Source of the DNA: Sphaeroforma arctica JP610
Taxonomy: Eukaryota
Assembly: GCF_001186125.1 (NCBI RefSeq)
Contig: NW_014040109.1
Location: forward strand, 1-64,000
Length of the DNA: 64,000 nt
Reading direction: 5' to 3'
Positions 27,801 to 41,900 of this stretch are shown here, piece by piece; the stretch's first letter is position 1, and every line of letters starts with the position of its first letter. Made by a program: the position numbers and the translations under genes. The notes below the pieces were generated by a model. The model saw only the letters and a program-made list of their open reading frames with translations, did not search any database and was not told the DNA's origin.

Positions 27801-28003
27801 TATGGTGCGGAAATTGGAAGTTAGTACGGCTCTATGTCAAACAATATGTGAAAGATCACTTATATATATACCGTCTGAACGAGAGAAAAAAAGGATTTGC
27901 GGAATATTTTACCCCGGGGTAAAATGGGAACGGAAAGAAAAGGTACAATATTTAACGCTTATCTATTAGAACCTCAGTATACAAAGAGGAAACATAATGT
28001 CAT

Positions 28004-28076
28004 CTTCTCGTGGTGTAGGGGTTATCACATCATGTTTACACCGTGAGGGTCGTCAGTTCGATTCTGGCCGAGAAAA
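28004..28076 (+). tRNA. tRNA-Val (anticodon TAC)
   Basis: Cloverleaf: acceptor CTTCTCG/CGAGAAA (C1-A72 mismatch); D arm GTG..CAC; anticodon stem TCATG/CGTGA with TAC at 28037-28039; T arm GTCAG-TTCGATT-CTGGC; discriminator A; T6 run at about 28109. Confidence 0.88.
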
Positions 28077-28949
28077 TCCTCAAATCGCAGACTCCCATTT
28101 GCCGAGACTTTTTTCTATCGCTCTCTCTAACGAAAATAGGAAGCTTGAAATACATTTGGGTATAATTTTTTTAACCCAAATTGAAATAAATAATACTAGC
28201 GTACCACAGAGGTGGGTACTCTACTTTAGTAGGTCAGTAAGCGAATATATGGAACATTCGATAGTAACAGTGTTTTGTCAACACCGGCCCGAATTGACTC
28301 AGCACATATCTTCCATTGTCGACTCACTTGGCCCAAGCTTCAAACGGGAATTTACTGACCACTTCTTCCCATATTGTATCATACATACTTGCCATTTTTG
28401 AAATAAATATTACTATCCCTATCAGTCCTGTTTGTATATCTGCTCTAGATAAAATCTCGTTTCTGGATAAGATGATTTCTTGAAAGCTAGACTAGGGGGG
28501 AGGAGGTTTCATGTACTGCCAATTTGATTCGACTACGACAGTTATTCTGAGTAGTGCTCGGAGGTATACCCACAGTCTTATTCTTTCTCTTGTCGACCCA
28601 CAGCTATGCCTTTAACACCCCTTCTTCGGTCCGCCATGCATTTCACTCCCGCCACTCTGATTCCGACGTTCAGCATTCCTTTTTCTCAGTCTATTCTTCC
28701 AACGCTTCTAATGGTACGTTCTATGCTTTATCTCTTACTCATATTCCACAGTACTATTAACTACCCCTCTACTGATTCCCTTCATCAACATGATTACAGT
28801 TCGCTACTCGTGATCATTCTCTTATGAATAACACCTCCATTGAACACTACTATTTTGGACTCAGCAGAAGCCACTGGTTGTTATCTTTGCACTCACGACA
28901 TCTCTGCATCGATTTTTCGCTTTATACCTGAGCCCGTCCTTTTTAAGTT

Positions 28950-30220
28950 ATCCTCCTTATTCGATCCGCCCGTTCCCAAATCAATTGCCGCCGTCAAGAA
29001 AACTGCCAAGTGGTCCCAATGGTCTGCTAAAATTGACATCGAGCTTGCCAATCATATGCGTATTGGCCTGACCGACCGTGTGCCTCTTTCATCCGTTCCA
29101 TCTATAGCTATACTTATACGCAGTCGTTATGTTTCTTCCCCTATATGTGTTGAAATTGCAAACCCACACACTATGAGGCACGTATTGCCGGTCGTTAAAA
29201 TGAGCAAGAACTATGGGATAGTTAAACGGAAACATACACCCCCGTATAAACAGCTGCCTTTGCTGCTGTTATAAGACTATTCTTTAATAGAAATGTGTTT
29301 TATATATAGACTGGACGTTGTTGTATTCTTGACGCTACCCAAAAAAGTTCGGTTAAGCTATCCTGATAGAACTGTGATGCGCCTCGACCGTACTTTTTTC
29401 TACATTGAACAAGCTGGCCGTCTGTGGAGTCAAGATAACGCTGATATGCTACATAGTGAAGGATCTTCTCCATCTGTGGCGGCTGAAAGTGTTGGGGTTC
29501 ATGACAATCGTAACATTGTACTCTTCACCTACGTTGATAAAATGCTGCCTGTCAGTGATCCGCATACTACTGATGCCCAGTGCTTGATAAATAAGCTATC
29601 GGAACCCTATGATATGGCTACACTCGATACTTTCTCCCATGTAGTCGAATTCCGCGTTGTACAACGTAATACACACATACACCGACTACTTGAGACGTTC
29701 CATGCTACTGACCTTCCAATCAAACATACTCCGTGTGTACTGCTCATCCTAAATCGTTCAATTTACTTGAGTTTGAAGATAAATATTAGAGCTTCCTTGG
29801 TATCCTTCGGGTTGGCACTATCAGGGCGCGAGTCGGTATCATGTAAACGTGTTGGGCATTCTGCCCCCTAACCAGGATGTCTGACACTGATACACAAATA
29901 TTTTCAACTATATAACGATTTATTGGAGTTCTTGTAAGCAGAAAACTGCGTAAGTCAGCTCTGCAAAACTGAGTATATCTCCCTTGTTTTTACTGTTATG
30001 TATGCTTTCAGATACAAGCTCACGATACCTCAAAGTTCTATCAAGGCTACACACGGTATAGGGTCACCCAAGAGGTTGAAACATATAGACATATCGTAAT
30101 CACTACATAAGCGATTGCGCGCAACAGGGTATGTGCATCTATACTCACGGAAATCACACGGATCTTCTTATCAAGATTCTTGGAAGAGGCTTGCACGATA
30201 TTTTCCGTGACTTTTGATAT
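28950..30220 (+). mobile_element. Decayed Ty1/Copia reverse transcriptase + RNase H
   Basis: PKSIAAV...WSAKIDIEL; IRSRYV; IEQAGRLW; LFTYVDKML (decayed YVDD); LSEPYDMATL. RNase H: WSSCKQKTA*VSS..TEYISL (about 29924-29985) and RLKHIDI..HYISD...NHTDLLIK (about 30073-30175). Stops and frameshifts throughout. Confidence 0.85.
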
Positions 30221-31959
30221 ACTTTCCTCTTAGAAAACGAACCGATGGGGTCCACTATTATTTTATTTCCGGTTGTAGGCCTCATTCAAAATACACATGT
30301 ACTTTCGAGAACACATGGACACTTAGTTTGTAACTCTTTGTTTATTATAAGTTTGAAACTAAAGTACAATATAGCTTGGTCTTGGAAGAGATATGTTTCC
30401 TAACAAGATTTCACATTTCTATTCTCCATATTTTTTACCTGATTATTGATTGTATTTCTCTAATGCACAAAATGTTTTCTCACCTGTATATACCTATTGA
30501 ATGTCCTGCTCCAGAATGTGTGCTAAAATTTGTGAACATAATCATCTGATAATGCTTCCAGCATACAAACGTGAGAACTCACTTTGACGAATTTTCCTGT
30601 GTTTTGCGCTGAACATGTGCCATTAATGTGGTTCGAACTGGATTAGGTCCCGTTCATGTTTTACTTTACAACTGTTTGTTATTTTCAAAGGTACACGTTT
30701 AAAAATGATGCAGTGTATGTAGGATTGTGATTTTTTTAATCCCTTCTCTCGTTCGTATCTTACTAATCTACGTCTCGTGGTCTATGTTGCGTATATTATA
30801 TATATACATCACAATTTGTCACTTTATTCCCATCATGCGCCGTTGTCCGCGTTAGATTTTTCTTTCTTTTGAATGTCATTTTCTGATATCGAGAGCAAAA
30901 TACATTTACAGAAACTGTTTGTCGTGCCTACCACTGTGGTCCGCACTGCTCGTTCATGTAATTCCTGATACGATTATACAGCGATTGGCAAAAAGAGAGA
31001 ACATACTTTACTGTGTTCCGCGCCGGGGTTGGTTCTTCAAATGGGAGTGCTCCCTTCCGGTTTCTCTGTTGAGACCTGATGTATCTCTTGGTCATAGGCA
31101 GGGGTCGAGCTTTGGATGAAATGGTGATATCTGATAATACTAAAGTACATTAAGTAGAATATAATAAGAATCCAGAGTATAAAAGTAAGTAAACATTTTC
31201 TCCGCTTAGTTTAAGATGGTCGATATCATAAATTTACTTCCGACCAAATGTTGGTCCTGTCTGAGATTTGGTCATATCTAGCTTTAAGATTCTACCTCCA
31301 ATCATCTATGGGACATTAGAAAACTTATGGCAGATTTGAACTCCTGTGCTTTGGATACGGCCGAGAATCAGATATCAGGTTCAATATTTGAAAAGTCGTT
31401 CAATTCAAACATCATGATCGCCTAGATTCCTGTCTGTGATGTACAATCAATTCCTGTTCTACAATTCTCATTGTATCGATGAAACAGACATCATACCGAT
31501 ATAATTTTATCTTGTTTGGTTACATATGGACACCACCAGTTCATAGATTCAGAATTTCCACGCCGAGTGTTCTTAATGCCTTCTAAATTCAATATCATTT
31601 AAAATATCAATTGTAAGCAAGCAATGGATTATATAGCAATGGCAATCGTCGTCATAAGTATTTAATAGTATTCTCGGCAGCTGATCGAATACAATTATGC
31701 AAATATAGTGAAGTCTTCTACGTTGCAAAGCGAACATTCTTCCAGGTACCTCAATATTGGTTCACTTAATGAGCATCAGATTTCGCGAGAACTCCGAACA
31801 ATTCATGTCATAACAGTGTTTTTGGCGATCTTATTTGCAAATCGTTCGAATACTGATGTATAATATTTATCGCAATACATCCACAAGTCAGAAATGAAGC
31901 AGAATATCGAGCTGTAATGATAAATGATGATCAAATGACAGAAAGACAACCCAGCAACT

Positions 31960-32062
31960 CAATCAAGGCAACCCAATCAAGGTAACCCAATCAAGGCAAC
32001 CCAATCAAGGTAACCCAATCAAGGCAACCCAATCAAGGTAACCCAATCAAGGCAACCCAATC
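31960..32062. repeat. 14-bp repeat AACCCAATCAAGG(C/T), about 7 copies, alternating C/T
   Basis: Visible tandem array. Confidence 0.93.
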
Positions 32063-32966
32063 GAGTTGCACACCGTAAATCAATCGTATATAAGTAGAAT
32101 TACGTTATTCTGAAAATAACTTATTTGCTCATTGCGACTAATTTCAGCGTCAGTGATATTGTATATATAGACGATTAACGCTATCTATATTACACGTTTC
32201 ATTCAACAGATGAATATGTTATTGGCAACGTGCTCTATTTGACACGTATAAATTAGTTAGTCGATGATTGACAGGCGTCGTGCCCTACGGAGAAGGAAGT
32301 CACCATCCCACTCGTTCAAGGTGCGATCATTTTCTAATAACTAATTTATACATGTCAAATAGCCATCATTCATTTATTGTTTGAATTTAGTATATCGCGA
32401 ATCAACTCGTTGATGTTTCGCACACTTTCATATTCGGCATAAGACCCGATCAGTGCATTTCGTCTGCAACAAGATTTATACTTAAATCAGAAGATTTTGA
32501 CAAAAACCAGTAATGAAGAATTTGGTGGCAGCATTCATCGAGCTTTTAAGACACAACAAATAGTGCTGATACGACCGTTAATATTTGTTTACTCTAGATT
32601 TGTGTTCATATTACCATATGCGTGTATACATGATATAAATAGCCTCGAAAAAAAATAATTTGCGAATATGCGCATTCTTGTGCTGATTTGTCGCCAGGCA
32701 CACGTATGTACATGTACGATCTTTTGTGTGACATATTCAGATTGAAAATTGAATGAATTGTGCCAAGCCTCAATAATTTAGGTAAACCCGCTTGAGTATC
32801 GCGGTATCACAGACTACGCCCAAACCGGATACGATAGATGTTACGAGAATTGGCATAGAAACTAAACAACAGAAAACAGTCAACTCCGCACAAACAATCA
32901 CTTTTCAAACCAGTGTGATTAATAGCAGCTCTGTGCTATTCTCAAAGTAGTGAGCAGAACACTTAC

Positions 32967-35900
32967 TCTGCTTCCGGGGCATCCATAACGGCTTTGATGT
33001 GCGCCAGCTCCACCGTAACATCCACATCGAGAACATTCAGGACATTGGTAAGGTATTCTAGCATTGTAAAGATTGGTGACAATAGAGCAATTTAGTGTAT
33101 GCCTTTCGTTAATATTTGTACTTCAAGTTTTACTTCAAACCACAGCGACCACGAGTGTATAAATGGCCAATCTCGACATTAACATTTTCAAAGGACTTTC
33201 ACGAACCGCCAGTTCATATGTGATAGCTATACGAATAGAGTGTGCATAGCACATTCTTTGTGAAGTCCGTCATGAGCTTTCCGCGCGCGACGGTATGATG
33301 TGAGTATCGTTAATTACGGAGGCTTTTTTTATAGTCAGCTGCCCAAAGTAAATGCCCCAGTCAAATGGTTCGGTGTAAGGTGGTGGGTTGCGCTAAGGCT
33401 GATGGATAAAGGCAATATAGGTTTTAAATTTTACAATGCACTCAGTGCACTATAGAACAATGATGATTAGTGGTGTAGAGACGCGGCATAAGCGAAGCCC
33501 AGTATGTGAGAGTACCCACGTACTCTAGTGTGGGACTGTTTGTACCTTGAGACATCTGCTGTGCTCTATCCACGATATCTCAGAATGGTCAGGTGGAATA
33601 TGAAATACGGCTTCATTGGGATTAGGTTCAATCTCAGTATAGATGAAATGTTGTGCAAATCACGATTCAGTCCAGCAAAATCCGATTTGATCTGACAGCC
33701 CTTACAACTAACTACTCTCGGGCATGCCAATCCAGCACCATTGGCTGATATTCGTTGAAAATGTCGCAACGCAATCGCAGACACAACTGCAAGAAACCCC
33801 ATGCTTGTGCTATTCTCATACATATACTCTTAGACAGCTATAGACCACTAAATCCTCATGACAAGCCCACACCAATAACTTTAGATCCACACACCTATAT
33901 CTTTAGACAATTGCAAACATCCACTGTTGGACAGTGAGCCGATCTGGAGGATGCGGTCACAGTAGCGCTTCATTGTGGCCTGAGCCACCGCCTCCAACCA
34001 TTTGTGTGCGTAGATATTGTCATCCCTGTGAAGTATGCATTAGATGCATTTAATACATCAGAGAATACATCAGATAATGCATCTAATGATAGCCACATTT
34101 TAGTACCAGTGAATATTGATAGATATCTGGCCACTCCGGTAGGCACCCATGTGGAAGTAAGCGAGCGATGCCTGGAGATACTTGTCAAGCCAGGTAATAC
34201 ACGGAAGACTAAAGCTGACGAAACAATCCGAAATGGTATAGTTGAATAGTGATATGCAAAATTAAAGGTGTGTGTGCTGCTGTATTCACTTGAAGGCCAT
34301 TACATGGTCGTTTTCAAGAGCACTACACGAATTGAAGCACGGGCAACAGCGTAACTAACCACACAACGTACCCCGCCAGGCATCAACGGTGATAAGTCCT
34401 TAATCAAGCATACGCCTGCACGAAATAGCCAGATAGACACGTGCACAAAACAACCGAAGGAAAACTATTACAGATACCATTCACACAGTTGATATCGTTT
34501 CAGGATGGATGGGAACACGAGATCAACATCACACACCGGCACGTCAGATTCACACCATATTTGTCAACAACCAATGAATTTCACAGCCAACTCAATAAGT
34601 GGTCTCACACACAAGGAACATGCAACAACAGAATATCATGCATCCACGCCAATACATACGTTTCCTCAGCGTTCGCATCAGTGTTCAAATCGGCCATCTC
34701 TGTGTCTTTCACCACCTCCACGGGCGATGTGTAGTACTTCGGAAGTGACCCGGAAACAAGCGCAGCCGTCAGATTCTCATTCGCCGTGACATCGTCCACA
34801 CACTCGTTAAACAGCTCTAGTTGCTGCGGCAGGGTAAGCATATGCTGCCCCACGTGTGTGATATAGTTCTGTTGCATCAGGCTGAAGCCAGCACCTGTTT
34901 AAGCAGACAGTCGATATATGAGCCGATGATATTGTCGTATACGAGGGTATAGTTATATATACGTCATTACTGCACTGCTATGTCGCTGGAATCGAAAGCG
35001 CTGTTGAAGAAATTTCTACAGGACGTTCCGTACATAAATCTTCTGTGTATTGCATCAGCAACCCGATGTGAGTGTTATTTGCTACAGGACTCACCTGACT
35101 TATTTGGCTTTGACGTCCACGATGTGAGGTTTGGCACAGCGGCCAACATTCGTTCTACGTGCACGAAGATGATGTCGAATGCGAGCGTGTGTACAGCGTC
35201 GTTAAAGCCATTGACCAGCTTCTCAGTTGAGGCTAGCAGGTTGTGCTTGGCACCATCAGTTGGTGAGCCTCCGGTTGTGTGTGTGGATCGGTAATACTGT
35301 AAGATGGCTTTGGAGTCGGCAAGGGCTATGTTGATGCACAAGAAAGGAGACGACAAGATGTTAGATGAATAGAAATGTCAGAACTTCCATCTCAAATTTC
35401 AAACGATAATGCCTCTCGACAAGAAGAAAGTATAGATTACCACTATAGACAGATAAAATCCATTTTATCATTAAAACGATTAAAAATTAACACCAAGTGT
35501 GTATCTTAGGTTATACAGCTATTGTTTCGGAGATTTGCAACTGATGAATGTGTCTTAATTACCGTTCTTCCGAACAACAGACCTAAACCTTGAAACCCTG
35601 ACGCGTGCCAAAAACATATGAACAGACAGCAACAAGCAGATAGACAATTTTTCTGTCCTTCCACAACAGCGAAAAAGGTGTATCCGCAATTCTCTATCAT
35701 GCTGTATAGTTTCAATAGTGAACAAGTATTCAGACACCTCTCCCATACCTGCATTAAATTGTGTGGGGTTGCCCGCCAGATAGTTGTAGGGAGCCGTGAG
35801 ATCGAATTCTGTCGACATAAGTGGGAGAATAGGTTAGAAATTGATTTGCAGTCAGTGTTGCAGAGGTAGAAGTTGAGCGCATGTACAATAGATAAGCCCA

Positions 35901-38900
35901 AATAGGATTTACAAAACAGCACGGCAGAAGATCACATGCCATGTTTAATTATTTTAATAATAAAAATAGGAATACATAACTACGACGAACTTTTTATAAC
36001 TATCGGATAGAAGAGGGTGACATTGAATATTTCGTATTGCAGTTCGTTGTCATATACAACGACACATATGTACTACATAATCACTCAGTACCGTTTTGTG
36101 CATATGCATACATACAAGATGGATGTCTCAGAGCTGCGATAAGAGTGCAGTATATATCTCGAGATATGCATATGATATTGATGAACACCCCTACATAGAT
36201 GAAAATGCATCGTGGACAAAATAAGCACATTACCCACCCTGAAGTAGACTGCACGTATGTGTGTTGATAAAAACATAAAAATATAATATAGACTGTTTGG
36301 AATTATGTTGCACATTGAATCGAACTTATGTAATCGGACCGTCTAGCTTGGATAGATAGATAGAAATGGAGATAGAGTGGAGAATGAGAGCTATGCGTAT
36401 TACATGCGCCATACTCAGGTACTGGCGAACACAAACAGCTGGACACAAATCAATCTCAAACTGCGGTCGATAGCAATGCCATGCATTGGCAGGTCGCCAC
36501 CGTGCATAGCCATACCTTCGCATTCAGCTGAGTCCAGAGTGGAGTCAGGCGTTGGTGTGCGATGGCTCCGGTTGTTGTGCTGCTCCAATTCATCTTCAAA
36601 GATAGAGACCGCAAACGGCAGAGACTGCGACATGATGACTGACTTCAGTTTGTGACATCTGTGGATCATGTCGCCACACGCCTGAAGCAGCATGAGTGCA
36701 CCTGTGTGCGTAGATAGAACATCCTGTGGTCAGACAACGCCCTTACAATGCGTATTTTTTTATCTCGATGTTTTGTCAAAATGATGTTAAGATTGCTTCT
36801 TAATACCTATGTATGCATACTCACTCATAGTCAATTCCAGAAGTACACATATATGTTTTGGATATCGTAAGCATCTCACCTTGAAAGTGGGACCAGTCCT
36901 GTTGACCATAGGGCAGGTAGTCGGTCTCGCTGTCTGTAGATTTGGGTGTGGCAGAGTCTGCGGAGTTTGTGACGTTTGAATTGGCTGTGATGGATAGTGA
37001 AGCACACACAGCCAGTCAGTGGAGACACAAAAGACTGCATATATTGGTAAGCGAGTACTGGGCGTGTGATAAAACTTTCATCTGCAATGTCTTACTATGT
37101 GTTCTTCAGACGGGTGGCGCACTATTCTCGAATGTGAAAGAGTGCCAGTGCTAGTATGCGCATTCTGCATCATTGGCTAAGCATACCGTAAAAATATGCA
37201 CTAGGCAGTTTCGCAAGAAGTATAACCTGTCATAGTAGCTTTCTATTTATATACCTGCTCTAAGGTGGGTGGCATATATGCTATCCACGATGATCGAACA
37301 ATAAGCTACGGTCAACATAAACGGATACCGCACCAGCGAGTTTTATAAGCGCGCACCAGTGAGAGACACTAACACTCACCTGTACTATCGAGATTACATT
37401 TGCTGCGGAGCGATGTCAACAGCACATTCATCTTGTAGAAGTATGCTTCCATAATGTTATCCACTGCCTGACACAATGCTTTATATCCGAGACCGTACGT
37501 GAACTGGAAACACGCATCTCGCCCAGACTCAACGACACCGAACAGCAGCGGAACAGATTCAGCCACACGCCGAACCGTGTCCAAATAACCCACCTACACC
37601 ATTTTCGTACACTTATTAGTATCACACTGGCAATTACAGTTGCATTTTGAAATGATGCGAGATTTTTAAAGTATGAGCATAAATGTATTATTGTACCATC
37701 TAGAAGTTACACCAGTCCAATTGAGAACGCGCAAACGACTATCTCAGATACCTGTATGCGCAGTATCGTATGTCCAAGTGGTCACGCACGCTGCATAAAA
37801 CATTATGTATAGAGAATATATATATATACATATCCATATACATTATATATACATNNNNNNNNNNNNNNNNNNNNTATATATACTATATATATATATATAT
37901 ATATATATGTATACACATACATATAACATATACATATATATATATATATATATATAAAGATGGAGGTATAGGAGAGCACTCAATTGCCTTTGCATGACAG
38001 TGACGTTTTAAAATATACAATGAACTCGGCATTTGTACAGGGTTGAAAAGTTCATTAGTTTTACCTCCGACAGTTCTATGCCTAAAAAAATTCAGCATAT
38101 GATTATCACAGTTTCCCGATTATTTACAACTATCTATATACAGACTTGCTGAGCATTTTGTCTGCAACCCTCAATCCTACTACATTTATGATACTTAGGT
38201 GCGCTAAAAGACATTCCATTAAAATTGCAAATGCATACAAGGTCGGTTAATGGGGCCAAACTAAATATACGTCTACATGCATATAACAATTGCAGCATAC
38301 TGCTGCACACAATCGCATACATGGCAATGCAAACATGACAATGCATCACACGGTTTTGATGCCACACAACTCGAAGGAAGAACAGAGATACACATGACGT
38401 GCACAAGCCTATATTTGTATAAATGTGTATGATACATAAGCTTATGATGTACGACGAGTGAGGAAAGCACAATAGTTTATCGGCAGATTCGGTTGGTTCT
38501 ACCCACTATGTTGAACACTATACATACATACATACGTACATATTATAAGTACATATATCCACAATATACATACCTACATACATACATACATATTACACAT
38601 ACAAAGCATACATACAAATGCGCATATATGGATTCAAACAAAATTCTTATTTGTACCTGTGGGAAGCGCAGGAGTTTCTCGACGAGTCTGGTCATATAAA
38701 TTTCAACCAGAGTGCCGAATCTCCGTTGGTGCGGACAGAACGGAGAGAATGCCAAGTGCATCATACGTTTGCGAGGTTCGTGTGTGTCTTCGCCTGCAGG
38801 TGTAAATGAGTGCACGTGCGACATGTTTTCTTACTGAATGAACATGTGATATTGTAAATACAATTTGGTGAGAATACGAAGATGCATGTGTGTACGCCTA

Positions 38901-41900
38901 TACATGTGTATGTACTGAATTTCAATCTTCTCTGTAGCTTTACATTGTTACATGGGCCAACGAGATCATTCCAGTTGACACGAGTGTGCGTGAGTGGTGA
39001 AGATGCATGTGTGTACGCCTATACATGTGCATGTACTGCAGTTGCCACAAGTGTACGTGCGTTTGGTTCGGGTACGCAATCGTAGACAAAGCACGGATAT
39101 TCTAAATTCAAGAGAAACATCGTGCTGTGCATACTAATTTCAGTTGAGATTTATTGAATGGTGGGTAGATGTTTCTTGCCGGTGAGTGCGAGCGCCGCAA
39201 TACATTTTTTCTCACAGGTCTGTAATATTGAATCTTACAACTCTCACCATTTCTCACAGGTAGATATTATTGAATCTTCTAACTCTCACTTCCATGAATC
39301 TTTTTGGATTTCAAAGTTCTGTACGCTCTAGATATGAATATACGGCTACCCATGTATTACTTCAACAACAAACCACTTGTATGTATTGCTTCAACAACAA
39401 ACCACTTGTATGTATTGCTTCAACAACAAACCACTTGTATGTATTGCTTCAACAACAAACCACTTGTTAGCAATACATGAACAAAGGGATGAATTATACA
39501 GAACTTCAGCGTATGACATTGTACAATTCGAAAATCACTAACTTTAAAAGCCCCCGACAACGACGACCAGGAAAATTTGATCACAGAACAAATTACACAC
39601 AGCAGACTTAAAGGTATAACAAATACAAAGCCGAAGTGCCTCCAGCAGTAGCGCGAACTTCTCTCCGTTTCATAACACACGACATGCACTCACACATACC
39701 CTTACGGCGGATGAGTATAGGATCGATGAAGTCTATGAAGTCCTGTGTTGCCGAGTGTGCGGCTACCAGTGATGGCAGTACATCCCTGGCCGGTGGTTTT
39801 TGTGACTTGGAGGGAGCCTAATGTGAAGCATTAAGTGTTTGAGGTCCAATTAGCTTAGATCTACGTTCAAAATTTGCATTCAAACACAAAAATACTAAAA
39901 TAGGTGTGTTATGATGTAGTTAGCGCGTACATAATAGGGAGCATGTAATATGTTTACCTGGTGAGCACCATATGGTCATGTGCACAATCTGCTCTATTAA
40001 GTACTGAGTTGGTTCTCACCAATATAAAGCACCGTCCACATCCGCCATTGCTTTCTATCTGCGGGCGGTGATGTATACGCCACAACAATTACGACGGAGT
40101 GTAATTCAAACCCATGCAATCAATTCTATCGTCAGCACTGTGTCGCGCTCAGTACAGAAGGACAATCTACGCCGATGCGCTATAACCCACAACGATGCAA
40201 TCACTCAGGGGTCCACAGTAGCCACATTGGTAAGCGCCGGTGTATACAAATCACATTACTGCAAGGTGGAAATTCAAGTATGCATACATAGATTCCACTC
40301 GAGACAACCACATACCGGTGCGGCAGCAGAAGAGATTGCATTTAGGGCTGTAGTGACTGATGGCTTTGAGGTGGACAGCACTTGACCCACGAGCTCGCAC
40401 TGTACAGAAAGCAAAATCAGTCTTACCGTTAAAAATTACAACGAAACAAAACTACCAGAAAAGTTTGGAATTATAAAATAACAAAATTACTAGGAGAGCT
40501 GAGTATCAAGTTACATGCACATGTGACCATGTATGTTGAATGAACGCGTTCCAGGCTCTGAGAAATTCACTCGAATTGTTTTTGGACAATGCATCATTAT
40601 TTGTCACTAACGTCGATTGCCGACTGCTTCGTAAGCGTGGCACATGTCATAAGTAATTACAACTCTTACAATTTCACAGGTGATTACAACTCTACAACTT
40701 CACAGGTGATTACAACTCTACAGGAAGGCAGCAGCGTTCTTAACCACGGAATAGACAACAGTTTCACTGCCGCAAACTTCTCACGCATCAATAATATGCA
40801 TCCACGTATTTACAGGCTTGTAATTTTCATCCAAGGACAATTACACCAGCCACAATGATACAAATGAAAATGTACCATCCAATGCGCCAGCCACGATGAT
40901 TAGTGGTGTGATCTTGGTTTCGTAGTTGGCTTCAATGTAGTCCGTCATGCACATAGATAATTTACTACTTTCTTTTCTATATCTACAAAAGAAATCACCG
41001 GACTTGCGGCAGTATTCTGATACAATTCGATGTGGACATGCCACAGTACAGGCATCTACCCCAAAACACACGTTAAAATGACTAATACATATACATTTAG
41101 ACCATTATACACACATACACAAGTCAAGCACGCACACAAACCATACGATTATGCAAATCCCCACCTACTAGTGCCTTTCATGCACACTCACCTGCACAGT
41201 CTGCGCCATTCCGTTTGCGCCAAACAGAGAGTCCACCCATGGCTTCTCAGTGGTCAGATAGGTCAGTATGAGCCCATACAGCGCGGTGATGTCGTCCACA
41301 TACGCCTGCGCCTGATTGACTGGTGAACCTGTATTTCAAGACAAAGACGTTTCAACAGGTACGTAGACCATCCGAATACACATCAGCCTATGGTGATTGC
41401 TATAGAATCAAATGAACGAAATAGCTCATGTAGTCCTACCGAGAGAATTTGAAAGATCATATCTGTGGACGTGGCCCGCGTGAGACACAGGTTGATATTA
41501 TGCTTATGTGTAGCGTTTTTTTTTGTCAATCGTGTGTTAAAAACAAAAGCAAAGGCACATGTCATGGCTTAGCTGTGGTTGTAATGTGTTGCCTGTGTGT
41601 CATTCCGTTGTGAAAGCCCCAAATATTCCATTGAAGAGATAACCACTATTTGATTCTGCTCGAGAACCTCCTCTGAAGTTATACCTTGAAGTGTTGTTTT
41701 GTCTATTGCAATTTGATATGTCTAAGTACAAGTTGGTCACTGAAATTGATAGCAGTTATCAAGGGTAATCTCACCAATACCTATGCTGTAAAAGCTCGGT
41801 GTTTATTCTCCATCACAAACTGTCAAGCAACGTGCAAACTCGATCGAATCAGGCTACCACCACTACCCACTGCATACTCATATCATTCAGTATTTACAAA

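Noticed and set aside
32257..32862. Candidate final COG7 exons (ending ARRLSIID* at 32257, or FYANS...RSL* from 32861)
   Set aside because: Both are phase-compatible with some acceptor, and neither can be chosen from sequence alone.
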